NCBI GenBank assembly: GCA_035457485.1
Contig: DATIBO010000006.1
Location: 94,134-158,133 of the forward strand
DNA length: 64,000 nt
Direction of reading: 5' to 3'
DNA from: Candidatus Saccharimonadales bacterium
Lineage (GTDB): Bacteria; Patescibacteriota; Saccharimonadia; Saccharimonadales; EFPC-124
Below the pieces are notes generated by a model. The model was given only the letters and a program-made list of their open reading frames with translations, did not search any database and was not told the origin of the DNA. A program made the translations under genes and the position numbers. Shown one piece after another: positions 35,287 to 45,039 of this stretch (positions are counted from its first letter, which is position 1; each line of letters opens with the position of its first letter).

Positions 35287-37182
35287 ATGGCATTCGGTAA
35301 AAAACCTGATCCAATTGACTTAGCCCAAGCTCAACGCTACCGCGAGCAACAAGAAATCGAGCAAGAATTTTTGCGCGGTATAACAACTCTGCGCGACATC
35401 ATCGCGCCAAGCTCACTCGAAATCCAGAGTGGCTACTTTAGGCTTGGCACAAAATACGCTCGCACACTTTACGTTTATGGCTACCCGCGTCAAATCTTTA
35501 CTGGCTGGCTAAGTCCGATCATCAATATCGACGAAGTTATAGATGTAAGCATGTTTGTTTATCCAGTTGAAAGCCAGGTAGTTTTAAACAATTTGCGCAA
35601 AAAAGTAGGCCAGCTAGAAGCCAGTATTAGCATTAACGCTGAGCGCGGTAAGGTGCGCGATCCGGGCCTACAGGCTGCTATCCAAGACGCCGAGGAACTG
35701 CGTGACCAACTGCAAGTTGGTGCTGAACGCTTTTTTAGGTTTGGCTTGTATATTACAGTTTACGGTGACAGTTTAGATGAGCTGCAGTTTGTGCAACATA
35801 AGATCGAAACAATTCTAGGTCAGCAATTAGTGTTCAGTAAGGTTGCTAGCAGTCAAATGGAGCAAGGAATGAACAGTACGATTCCGCAAATGACCGACCA
35901 GCTACAGATTCGCCACAACATGAATACGGGCGCACTTAGCACAAGTTTTCCGTTTACAAGTGCCGACCTCACCCAAGAAAAAGGTGTGCTTTATGGAATC
36001 AACATGCATAATAACGGCCTTGTGATTTTTGATCGATTCAGTTTAGAGAACGCCAACATGGTGGTGTTTGCAAAATCTGGTGCCGGTAAATCTTTTGCGG
36101 TCAAGCTAGAGGCTTTGCGTAGCTTAATGATGGGTACCGAAGTAATTATCGTAGACCCAGAAAACGAATATCAGCGACTTTGCGATGCGGTAGGCGGAAG
36201 TTATGTTAATCTAAGTTTAAACTCGACCACTCGAATAAATCCATTTGATCTACCAAAAGTAGTTGAAAGCGAAGAGGCCGAGGACGCTCTACGTGCCAAT
36301 CTAATTAACTTACACGGGCTTTTGCGACTTATGATGGGTGGCGCACAAATGTTACCTGGTGGCGTAACTTTGCCAGCGCTCAGCCCAGTAGAAGAAGCTG
36401 ATCTTGATCAAGCTCTGATCGATACCTATGCCCGAGCAGGAATCACGAGCGACCCATTAACTCATACCGGGCAGCCGCCAACAATCAACGATCTTTACGA
36501 GACGCTATTACATATGGGCGGGAGTGGTCCGCAACTTGCACAACGGTTGCGAAAATATACAACTGGAACATTTGCCGGTATCTTTAGTCAGCAATCAAAT
36601 GTGGACATCAACAATAAAATGGTTGTTTTTAGCATCCGAGACCTAGAAGACGAGCTTCGCCCGGTTGCAATGTATATCGTTTTGAGCTACATCTGGAATA
36701 AAACACGCGCCGAGCGACGCAAGCGTTTATTAGTAGTTGATGAGGCTTGGCAGCTAATGAAATATGAAGACTCGGCAAACTTCTTATTCAGCCTCGCTAA
36801 GCGCGCAAGAAAATACTTTTTGGGTATGACCACCATAACTCAGGACGTTGAAGACTTTATGACCAGTAAAATGGGTCGTGCAATTGTGGCGAATGCCAGT
36901 ATGCAAATTCTACTTAAACAGTCCACTTCGGCAGTTGACGTTTTGGCGGATGTGTTTAAGCTAACCGAAGAAGAAAAAAAGCGTTTGGCTCAATTCCCGG
37001 TAGGGCAGGGGTTGTTCTTTGCCGGACCAAATCATGTGCACTTACAGATTATTGCTAGCCCAACTGAGACCGGCTTGATTACAACCAATCCTCAGCAGCT
37101 TCAACAGTTACAACAGCTTTATGCACAGCAACCTAACCCACAGCAACCAATACCAGGTCAAGGAGTAGAAGGTGCCCTATAA
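35287..37182 (+). CDS. virB4: VirB4-like T4SS ATPase
   Basis: Walker A AKSGAGKS, DPENEY, INPFD, Walker B VVDEAW, RARKY, ITQD. Confidence 0.9.
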   Translation: MAFGKKPDPIDLAQAQRYREQQEIEQEFLRGITTLRDIIAPSSLEIQSGYFRLGTKYARTLYVYGYPRQIFTGWLSPIINIDEVIDVSMFVYPVESQVVLNNLRKKVGQLEASISINAERGKVRDPGLQAAIQDAEELRDQLQVGAERFFRFGLYITVYGDSLDELQFVQHKIETILGQQLVFSKVASSQMEQGMNSTIPQMTDQLQIRHNMNTGALSTSFPFTSADLTQEKGVLYGINMHNNGLVIFDRFSLENANMVVFAKSGAGKSFAVKLEALRSLMMGTEVIIVDPENEYQRLCDAVGGSYVNLSLNSTTRINPFDLPKVVESEEAEDALRANLINLHGLLRLMMGGAQMLPGGVTLPALSPVEEADLDQALIDTYARAGITSDPLTHTGQPPTINDLYETLLHMGGSGPQLAQRLRKYTTGTFAGIFSQQSNVDINNKMVVFSIRDLEDELRPVAMYIVLSYIWNKTRAERRKRLLVVDEAWQLMKYEDSANFLFSLAKRARKYFLGMTTITQDVEDFMTSKMGRAIVANASMQILLKQSTSAVDVLADVFKLTEEEKKRLAQFPVGQGLFFAGPNHVHLQIIASPTETGLITTNPQQLQQLQQLYAQQPNPQQPIPGQGVEGAL

Positions 37183-39820
37183 CGTTCCAACGGGAAACGA
37201 ACCAGACTACGAACCGGATTGGCGTTCAAGATTAAATAACTTTGAGGGCCAGCCACAAATACCTGAGGTCCAAGAGCAGGGCCGGCTTTCGCGTGCTGGT
37301 GAACGCATCGGTGACGAAGTAAGCTCACGAGCAGGCGATCTTGCTAGAAAAGGTATCGAAAAAGGCTTTAAAAAAGGCGCTGAACAAGGTGCTAGGACCG
37401 CTGCACAAGCTGGTGGCGAGGCCCTGGCTAACACGGCCGGATCGGCAATTGCTAGCGGGGCTACAGCCGGAACAGCCGAAACCGCGGGCGCATTAGGAGC
37501 TGCTGGTGCCGCCGGTGCTGCAGGTGCCGCGGGCACTGCGGGAACAGCGGGAGCAGCAGGAACGTTGGCTGCGGCGGAAGCGGGGATAGCAGCGGCGGGC
37601 GCCGCATCAGCACCCGAGACAATGGGAGCTGGTTTAGTTGTTGCTGGTGGAGCAATGGCCACTACCGCTGCAGCCGCAGCTACCCCAGTAGCCGTTAAAG
37701 CTGCAACTGGGGTAGATGTTTCGCCGAGTGGAGTTATAAAAGCAGCCACTGGCTCAAAAAGATCACTTTTAGAGACAATAAAAAGCCATAAAGTCATAAT
37801 TATAGCCGTAGCCGTTTTATCGCCACTATTACTTATTTTCGGAGTAGTGTTCTTGGCGTCGCCGTTTAAAGGCGATATCGCAACAAAATCTGTGGCAGAC
37901 AAAGCCTTTTCACCCATAAAAACAATTGTAGAGCTAAGAACTCGCACAATCTTAGCCGGCTATGTAATCGGCGGATCTAAAGCTAGCATTGAGGTCGGGT
38001 TGCCGCAAGCTGGCGGTAAAGCCGGTCAGCTATACACCGCCATGCGCGATTTAGGTTTCGAAGAAGTTATAAAAGATAAGTATTTGCTCGCATTTGAAAG
38101 AGGCAACGAAGCCGGAACCGTACGCGTTGTAAGCCGTGGAATTGGCCTGGGCGACGCAAACACAAACCTTGAGGCATTGGCACTTTTAAACAAAAGCACT
38201 GGGGTGAGAGGTGTTATTCAAAACGAAATGCACTCTTGGGATTGGGCGCAGCATAGCAAAATTGCACAACCAGCCAAGGCTCTTTATCAAAACCCACGAT
38301 TAAACATTCCTGGTGCCGACGAAGCTCAAAGCGGCGAACAGCTAAGCGAAGTTGCCAAATATCGCGTTTCGACCACAACTCAACCGACGGTCACAAACGT
38401 TGGCAGCGCAATGGGCTGTATGCTCGGCACAGGAGTTTGCAACCAAGAGAACGTTCAGCCCGACATAACCGCAAACTCAACCTTACAAGAGAACGAATCG
38501 AGTTCACTAGTAACCGCAACTCAAAAAGCCTTCAATGATAATCTTGAAACAATAAGCCCCGAAACCAACTACGAAGCTCCAACTTTACGCGACAAATCAA
38601 GGAGCAACCTAACAACCCAGCTAACACAAGCTAGTTTGCCACTTTTTGGTTGGCTGGATGTAGGAACAGTAACAGATTACGGCAGCACAGACCCTGCTTA
38701 CAAGGATCTCCCTGTGAATATGCGTCGCCAACAAGCCGGAAGCCTTTTCTTGATGTCGTGGATAGGGACCAGCCAGAGCACAGCCGAGGAAGTTAACTAC
38801 AAATCGGCCGGCATCATGGCAAAAAACTTTGTTGATATGGAAGACTCGCAAGCGTACAACTATATATCCTACGACGACACCAGCAGGGGTAAGCCGCTCG
38901 AAACTTACCAAAAAGTTAACAGCGCCGCCGAAAATCCAATGCAGACCTTCAAGGATTCGTGGTTTACCGAAAACTCCGAACTACAAAATACTTTTGGAAT
39001 TTTTGCCGCCTGGAATGCAATCCGAGACTTGCCGATCTTCGGTTCGATAATTGAACAGTTGGTTACGACAATGGTAAACAACCCGCTAATCAACATCGGT
39101 GGGGAGATAATTGCCAACTCTCCTTTAGTACTTTTACTAAAAAACTTCGGTCCGCAACCCGTTCAAGATTTACTAACATTCTTAACCGAACGCCCTTTAA
39201 GCGAAGTTATTGGCACGAGCTTCGGATTGTCTTCGGATATGTTAATTAACGAATGTGATATGTCTTTAAGGTCATTCAACTTCTTAAACTGCATGGTATC
39301 GGGCGCACAAGACCTATACGTAACCACCTGCGAACAAAACTTTGGTTGTGGCAACTTAAGCGAGCAGGAACTGCAAGAACTCTACGCCTACCGCGCCCAG
39401 GCCGATAAAGAAAACTTAGCCGCATTGCCATGGCAAGAAAGAATGTTCAGTTTAAATACCCCAGGTTCATTGGCGAGTGTAGCAGTTTTGCGATCACCAA
39501 TGCCTATAGATTCAACACAAAACATGGCCTCTTTTGCCAAGGGAATTGCCCGAGCAGTAGCCAGAATTCCAGACAACCTAGCGACAATTTTTGCAGGCAA
39601 AGCACTGGCTGCGGCCAACGATCCAAACAGTATTAGCGGCATAAATAACAATCAGGGCATTCCTCTGGGCACATTGCAAAACACCCAACTTTCGCCGCAA
39701 ATGCTACAAAACGACGGAACCTGCCCCGAAAAACAAGAAGGCGTAGAGGATGTTTGCTGGGCCGATAATGCCACAATCGACGGACTGCTTACTAAATACG
39801 TAACTTACAAATACTTATGA
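37172..39820 (+). CDS. Large hypothetical membrane protein of the T4SS locus
   Basis: 882 aa; Gly/Ala low-complexity tract, one TM, Cys-containing extracellular region. Confidence 0.75.
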   Translation: MPYNVPTGNEPDYEPDWRSRLNNFEGQPQIPEVQEQGRLSRAGERIGDEVSSRAGDLARKGIEKGFKKGAEQGARTAAQAGGEALANTAGSAIASGATAGTAETAGALGAAGAAGAAGAAGTAGTAGAAGTLAAAEAGIAAAGAASAPETMGAGLVVAGGAMATTAAAAATPVAVKAATGVDVSPSGVIKAATGSKRSLLETIKSHKVIIIAVAVLSPLLLIFGVVFLASPFKGDIATKSVADKAFSPIKTIVELRTRTILAGYVIGGSKASIEVGLPQAGGKAGQLYTAMRDLGFEEVIKDKYLLAFERGNEAGTVRVVSRGIGLGDANTNLEALALLNKSTGVRGVIQNEMHSWDWAQHSKIAQPAKALYQNPRLNIPGADEAQSGEQLSEVAKYRVSTTTQPTVTNVGSAMGCMLGTGVCNQENVQPDITANSTLQENESSSLVTATQKAFNDNLETISPETNYEAPTLRDKSRSNLTTQLTQASLPLFGWLDVGTVTDYGSTDPAYKDLPVNMRRQQAGSLFLMSWIGTSQSTAEEVNYKSAGIMAKNFVDMEDSQAYNYISYDDTSRGKPLETYQKVNSAAENPMQTFKDSWFTENSELQNTFGIFAAWNAIRDLPIFGSIIEQLVTTMVNNPLINIGGEIIANSPLVLLLKNFGPQPVQDLLTFLTERPLSEVIGTSFGLSSDMLINECDMSLRSFNFLNCMVSGAQDLYVTTCEQNFGCGNLSEQELQELYAYRAQADKENLAALPWQERMFSLNTPGSLASVAVLRSPMPIDSTQNMASFAKGIARAVARIPDNLATIFAGKALAAANDPNSISGINNNQGIPLGTLQNTQLSPQMLQNDGTCPEKQEGVEDVCWADNATIDGLLTKYVTYKYL
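37440..37700 (+). repeat. Gly/Ala low-complexity coding repeat (AGAAGAAGTAG...)
   Basis: Degenerate 9-nt periodic GC-rich tract in the ORF; boundaries approximate. Confidence 0.7.
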
Positions 39821-41094
39821 ACAACTTAGCTAAACGATTTATCCTAATTTTACTGGCGGCAACACTACTTATCGCGAACGGTGCCAGCGAAGTCAGTGCT
39901 TATAACACTCCTCAAACTGTAGAGAGGGGAGGGCCGGCTTTTGAGGAAGGTTCGTGCAGCGCCACGCCGCAAACATCGGAACTTGAAGGCTTCAAGCTAC
40001 CGGCAACCAAAGGTTATATGGGCAATGAAGATCCAGTAGACGAAAACGGCAATCTTACAACCACCGGAGAGGGCATGGCTTACGGTAAGTTTGCAAAACT
40101 TGGCCAAAATTACCGTGACTTCTACATCACAATGCGGTGGACTACACATGAATGGTTCTGGGACGGCAGCGCCAGAGTGGCCGATCAGGCTCAAATTGCT
40201 TGGCTAAATGAAGCCCCACGAAAAGTTCTAGTAACCAATCCAAGATCAAACAGAAGTATTATTGCCGTTGTTATGGAATCTGGCCCAGCGCCATGGACGG
40301 GCGTAGACACTGAGCGAAATAACGATCCTAAGCAAGGCTGGCAACAGCCACAATTAGGAACACCTGCAGAGTATGGCGGTCGCGTTTCCGGGTTCCCGCC
40401 AGTGGCGGTCGAAGCTTTGCTCGCTCAGCAACGAACGGGTGGTCAAACTAATGGTGATGAGCTGCTTTATTCCTGGGCACCAGACCAAAACGCTGAGCCC
40501 GGACCTACGGACTTATCGGTTCAAAACTCGGACAGTACGGCAATTTGTGCTCCAACAGGTTTAGGTGTAAGCCCAGACGGTTTCGTATTCCCACTAATCA
40601 CAACAAAAACAGAACTCAAAAAAGGTGGCTGGAACCCTAATTGTGTTAACAAAGTTTCATCTATGGGTGCGCTAGGAACAGTCGTGAGAATACAAGGCCT
40701 CTGTCACCACGATTACTTAGCAGCAGACATTCTTGATCCAGTTGGAACTAAAGTTGTTGCCGTACGACCCGGCAGAGTTATTAGGGCGAACTCAGAGATT
40801 AGCTGCTTTAGCCCAAGTGTAACAATATTTAGCGACCCAGCTCTTGGCGGCGACGGTAACACATACTACACAACCCATATGGGGCAGCAAGGCAGGCCTA
40901 CCGAAGACACAATTGTGAATGCGGGCGATATTATTGGCGAAATTGGCGACCCGCACGGTTGCTTCCCACCACACTTGCACATAGACGTCAGTCCGATCCA
41001 AACGGGATTCCCGAGAAATAGCGGTGGAACACACGGCCCTTTACTCGATCCTCAGCCGGCATTAAAAGCTTCTTACCAAACATTACCGGAGTAA
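39817..41094 (+). CDS. Secreted peptidoglycan hydrolase: putative DPBB domain + M23 peptidase
   Basis: Signal peptide; VLVTNPRSNRSIIAVVMESGP; M23 motifs HDYLAAD, GTKVVAVRPG, YTTHM and PHLHI. Confidence 0.78.
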   Translation: MNNLAKRFILILLAATLLIANGASEVSAYNTPQTVERGGPAFEEGSCSATPQTSELEGFKLPATKGYMGNEDPVDENGNLTTTGEGMAYGKFAKLGQNYRDFYITMRWTTHEWFWDGSARVADQAQIAWLNEAPRKVLVTNPRSNRSIIAVVMESGPAPWTGVDTERNNDPKQGWQQPQLGTPAEYGGRVSGFPPVAVEALLAQQRTGGQTNGDELLYSWAPDQNAEPGPTDLSVQNSDSTAICAPTGLGVSPDGFVFPLITTKTELKKGGWNPNCVNKVSSMGALGTVVRIQGLCHHDYLAADILDPVGTKVVAVRPGRVIRANSEISCFSPSVTIFSDPALGGDGNTYYTTHMGQQGRPTEDTIVNAGDIIGEIGDPHGCFPPHLHIDVSPIQTGFPRNSGGTHGPLLDPQPALKASYQTLPE

Positions 41095-41097
41095 AAA

Positions 41098-42300
41098 ATG
41101 AGAAGAAAAATAATAATTTTCGTCATCGTAGCAGTGGTCCTTGTAGCAATCGGTTTTTTCGCATATAACTTTTTCACCACAGAACAAGTGAACATAAAAA
41201 GCAATAGCCAAAACGCCAAGGTATCTATCTACACATTGCAAAACCAGGTTGTTGACTCTAAAAACGCGCCATACAGCACCCGACTTAAGCCAGGTATATA
41301 CTCGGTAGTTGTTACCGATAACCAAAAAGAGACGCGATCGATTTTTACGTTAAAACAAGGTACCCCTGTAGACCTAACACTCGATTTAGTTGATGTAAAG
41401 TCTCCAAAAAAAATAGCACCCTATTCCTCAAAATACATTTTTGCAGATGAAAACTTTTTGAATTTTATACGCAAGGACGTTAATCAATTAGATAGATTAA
41501 CTTTTGGCGAGAAGTACCTTAAAGAGTTGTCTCAGGGATCATACTCTCAAGCATATTGGGCAAACGCCGATCAAGCCATATTAACTGATACAGCTAATAA
41601 AAGCCACTATTACGACTTTGGGACAATTTCTCCTCTAGGCTATAAAATCACTAACCCAGGTACGATCTCGTTTTTAGGTGATTCACTGGCTTACATAGAA
41701 CAAAAGGTCGTCTACATAAGGCCTACAATCACAGCGGCTCCTGTGGTCGAAGTTCCTGTTAGATTCCTTCAACCGCAATTATCACTTGGTCCAAATAATC
41801 AATTTGTCGTCTTTGAAACAGGCGTGTTTGTGGATGAGACTGAAGGCGAAGAAGGGCAGGCGCAATCCGAATTGAGTAACGCAACTCCCGAAATTTATTC
41901 CGGAAACGAAAGGCTTCAAAAGCAAAGTGATGCGTTGAAAAACTACGTAATCGACGGGGCGACTTGGTCGCCCGATGGCCAGAAACTCGCCTTTAGTGCA
42001 GGCGATGGTATTTATATAATGGATATAAATACATCTTCGATTAGACAACTCTACCTAAGTTATACAACTCATCCACAAAGTATAAAGTGGCTCGACGAAC
42101 AAACATTGATATATTTTCTAGACCAAGGAATATGGAAAATTACGCTAAACGAAACGCCAACATGGAATCTGTTGGCGAAAGTGGAGGGCAGCTTGGGTTG
42201 GAGTGCGCCGCTTTCACTATCTCCCTCAAAAAAGGAGATCTATTACTCATCAGATGAACTACAATCCAGTAATGATGCAGTATACCAGATCGATTTATAA
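41098..42300 (+). CDS. Membrane-anchored PEGA-like + TolB-like beta-propeller protein
   Basis: N-terminal TM, LKPGIYSVVV, WSPDGQKLAF and LSPSKKEIYY. Confidence 0.65.
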   Translation: MRRKIIIFVIVAVVLVAIGFFAYNFFTTEQVNIKSNSQNAKVSIYTLQNQVVDSKNAPYSTRLKPGIYSVVVTDNQKETRSIFTLKQGTPVDLTLDLVDVKSPKKIAPYSSKYIFADENFLNFIRKDVNQLDRLTFGEKYLKELSQGSYSQAYWANADQAILTDTANKSHYYDFGTISPLGYKITNPGTISFLGDSLAYIEQKVVYIRPTITAAPVVEVPVRFLQPQLSLGPNNQFVVFETGVFVDETEGEEGQAQSELSNATPEIYSGNERLQKQSDALKNYVIDGATWSPDGQKLAFSAGDGIYIMDINTSSIRQLYLSYTTHPQSIKWLDEQTLIYFLDQGIWKITLNETPTWNLLAKVEGSLGWSAPLSLSPSKKEIYYSSDELQSSNDAVYQIDL

Positions 42301-42313
42301 TTTCTAAGAATAG

Positions 42314-42347
42314 AAGGGGCAGAGGTGGCTTTGGCCACGTACCCCTT
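42314..42347. terminator. Hairpin between convergent genes
   Basis: AAGGGG...GTGGC-TTTG-GCCAC...CCCCTT. Confidence 0.5.
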
Positions 42348-42351
42348 ATCC

Positions 42352-43914
42352 CTATGCTGGAAGCATAGTACAAATTTTTCTTCGGAGGTCAGGACTGATA
42401 TTACGACAAACGTAACTATCGCCCGTTAATCCACTCGACCCCCCCATATAGTAGACCCATCTACCATCCTTCCATTCAAGAGCAATGGAATATCCGTCTC
42501 CCCAAGTACCATAATCCTCGAGGTAAGAGTTGGCGTCGGCAACTATCCAGTTGTCGCTGCACCAAACCCGAAAAACTTCAGCATTACCTGGAAGTTGAGC
42601 AATCGCCTTAACCTCTTTTGCAGTCAAACATGGTACAATTCGAGTTACTTTGATTTGCAAAGTCCCGACGATCTGCATCCGCACCCCCTCCAGCGCGCTC
42701 ATCACCGTTGTCCATCCGAGTTTTACACCCTCGACGACGGCAAAAAAGCGGCCAAAGAACTTTTCGGTGAAGGTCATTGGATCGGCGAAGCCGCCCATTA
42801 CCCTCAACACGGTTTCGCCGCATTTGCTTGCCACGATTTCGTAAAAATCGTAGAAGCTCATTTTGGCGATGTCTTTGCCGAGCTTGGCAGCGTTACCCAG
42901 GCAACTCACGACATCTTGGATGTCGAGCAGCGCCCTGGCTCGCTTGACCGAAGTTGTTAGGTCCTCGCCGGTGGCAATACTAGCCAAGAACTTCAGCGAT
43001 CCCCAAATAGCTTCGGCCAAAAACACGTTAGGCTCAGCTCGCAACTCCACAGTTGCCGGCAGATTACTGGCCGTTAACTGCGCATCAAGCACGGCTCGTC
43101 GCGGCAAAAATGCCTGAGTTGCCTTGTTGTTGAACAGCTGCTTTGCCAGCTCAATGGTGTAGCGCTCGTCGTCGGTGGTCTCGCCGCCAACATCGAACTT
43201 AACACCCTTCGTGGCTGCAACCGACAAAATGTACTCGACGCGATTACTAACGCTGAGCATCGCTGTTTTGCCGGCGGCGTTCAGGCAGGCTCGAATCGGA
43301 CTGTCGGGTTTGGTCGTCGACCAGCCTGTCATACCGCTGATTTTGACCTTGCCGAGCTCGTTGGTCTTGACCTCGGTTTTACAGTCACCATCTTGCGGCG
43401 TACCTAGCAGAGACGGGCTGACGATTCCGCGCAGTGGCTCGTCGAGCAAGTATGACACTGTCTTGGGCGACAGATGCGGAACTTGCGCCTTGAGCACGTC
43501 ACCCTCGACGATTGCCGGCAAAAGCCGCCAGCCATCGCCATTGGGCGCGGGAGTGTAGAGCAGCGCTTGATCTGGCCGAACGCCAGCGGGCAAAAACTTG
43601 CCCTGCAGCTTCAGCTCGATCGTAAGCGGTTTAAGCGGTTGTGCTCCGCCCTCAAAACTGAGGTCGAACGTGCTCGAAGCCTTGAACAGGCTCGAAGCCG
43701 GCTTGTAGCTCTTAGGCTCGATCATGGTCAGGCGTGTGCCAACCTTAACCGCGCCATCCGGCACATGTACGGTAAGTTCGCCGAGAGTGTACGTGCCACT
43801 CTTATCGATCTTAACGGTGTGCTTCGCCGGCTCGTCACTACGAGTGCAGGCCGCACCAGCAGCCAGCATCAGCATCGAACAGGCGAGCGCAATTGTGCGC
43901 TTAATCTTAACCAC
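42352..43914 (-). CDS. Putative lipoprotein, high GC
   Basis: Basic N-terminus, hydrophobic stretch, AGAA-C lipobox-like site; 520 aa. Confidence 0.75.
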   Translation of the reverse strand: MVKIKRTIALACSMLMLAAGAACTRSDEPAKHTVKIDKSGTYTLGELTVHVPDGAVKVGTRLTMIEPKSYKPASSLFKASSTFDLSFEGGAQPLKPLTIELKLQGKFLPAGVRPDQALLYTPAPNGDGWRLLPAIVEGDVLKAQVPHLSPKTVSYLLDEPLRGIVSPSLLGTPQDGDCKTEVKTNELGKVKISGMTGWSTTKPDSPIRACLNAAGKTAMLSVSNRVEYILSVAATKGVKFDVGGETTDDERYTIELAKQLFNNKATQAFLPRRAVLDAQLTASNLPATVELRAEPNVFLAEAIWGSLKFLASIATGEDLTTSVKRARALLDIQDVVSCLGNAAKLGKDIAKMSFYDFYEIVASKCGETVLRVMGGFADPMTFTEKFFGRFFAVVEGVKLGWTTVMSALEGVRMQIVGTLQIKVTRIVPCLTAKEVKAIAQLPGNAEVFRVWCSDNWIVADANSYLEDYGTWGDGYSIALEWKDGRWVYYMGGSSGLTGDSYVCRNISPDLRRKICTMLPA

Positions 43915-43965
43915 TCCTTACGGGCTTAGGATTTTTACGGACACCATACTTTTAACATACTTTGG

Positions 43966-45039
43966 TTAAGCTTGCAACTTTTCGGTGCTAATTATTTTAT
44001 GTTCTGCCAAAAAACTTTTCTCAACGACATCAGCATCCGTGGTAGTTATAAACGTTTGGTAAGTCTTGGTAATATCCGTCAAAGCTCTACGGCGAGTGCT
44101 ATCGAGCTCCGAAAACACGTCGTCGAGCAATAGTATTGGCGGATTTTCGTTTTGCTTGGCTAAAAGCTTGAGTTCAATTATTTTAAGCGCTAAAAGCATG
44201 CTACGAACCTCACCACGCGACGCAGCAGCCGCAGCGGGCTTGTTATTGATTTTTACCGCAAAATCGTCACGGTGGGGTCCAAACGACGTAAAACCGCGAT
44301 GTAAGTCGCTTGCCGCATTGCGCGACAACGCATTCAGCAGGTTTGCTTGATAATTTTCGGCAGGTAGTGAACTTTTGTATTCAATTTGTAAATCAGTTTT
44401 TACGCCCGCGATCGAAGAATAAACTTCTCCAAAGACTTTATTTAAATCGTTAATCAGCGATACGCGTCGCTCTACAATCACAGCTCCCAAATCAGCTAGG
44501 CGAACATCCCATGCAAAAAGTTGATCTTCGACCTGGCTCAAGCCGAATTTATTTTTAAGCAACGAGTTGCGCTGTTGTAAAACCCGTTCGTATTGATGTT
44601 TTGTCCAGGTAAAATCAGGGTGAATTCGCGCAAGCAGGTTGTCTAAAAAATCACGGCGCCCAGTAGGCGAGGAGCGCAAAAGCCGCAAATGATCTGGCTC
44701 AAACAAAACTACGGGTAATTTGTACTGGTGGGTTAGTCGAGCTTTTTTAGATCCATCAATATCAAACTGTTTTTCGAGTTTTTCAGGCTGAACTTTGTAA
44801 ACAATTGTGCGTTTTTGATCGTTATATACTCCTTCGATTTTCAACCAAGGCTCTCCATGCCTAATCATATCTCGATCCACACCCCTAAAGGAACTTCCAG
44901 CCGAAAGCACATAAAGCGCCTCTAGTAGATTGGTTTTTCCACTACCATTTGGTCCAACAATAACAGTTACGCCCGGCGAAAACTCGACGTCGTAGTTTGT
45001 GTATGATCTAAAATTGTGCAGCGAAACCGAACCAAACAT
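43966..45039 (-). CDS. recF: DNA replication/repair protein RecF
   Basis: NFRSY, GPNGSGKTNLLEA, GPHRDD, SRGE and LLLDDVFSELD motifs. Confidence 0.96.
   Translation of the reverse strand: MFGSVSLHNFRSYTNYDVEFSPGVTVIVGPNGSGKTNLLEALYVLSAGSSFRGVDRDMIRHGEPWLKIEGVYNDQKRTIVYKVQPEKLEKQFDIDGSKKARLTHQYKLPVVLFEPDHLRLLRSSPTGRRDFLDNLLARIHPDFTWTKHQYERVLQQRNSLLKNKFGLSQVEDQLFAWDVRLADLGAVIVERRVSLINDLNKVFGEVYSSIAGVKTDLQIEYKSSLPAENYQANLLNALSRNAASDLHRGFTSFGPHRDDFAVKINNKPAAAAASRGEVRSMLLALKIIELKLLAKQNENPPILLLDDVFSELDSTRRRALTDITKTYQTFITTTDADVVEKSFLAEHKIISTEKLQA

Noticed and set aside
37207-37947. 246-aa antisense Pro/Ala ORF
   Set aside because: Shadow of the Gly/Ala tract of the 882-aa gene.
28418-42300. Integrative conjugative element
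   Set aside because: No integrase, relaxase, VirD4, att repeat or compositional shift seen in the window.
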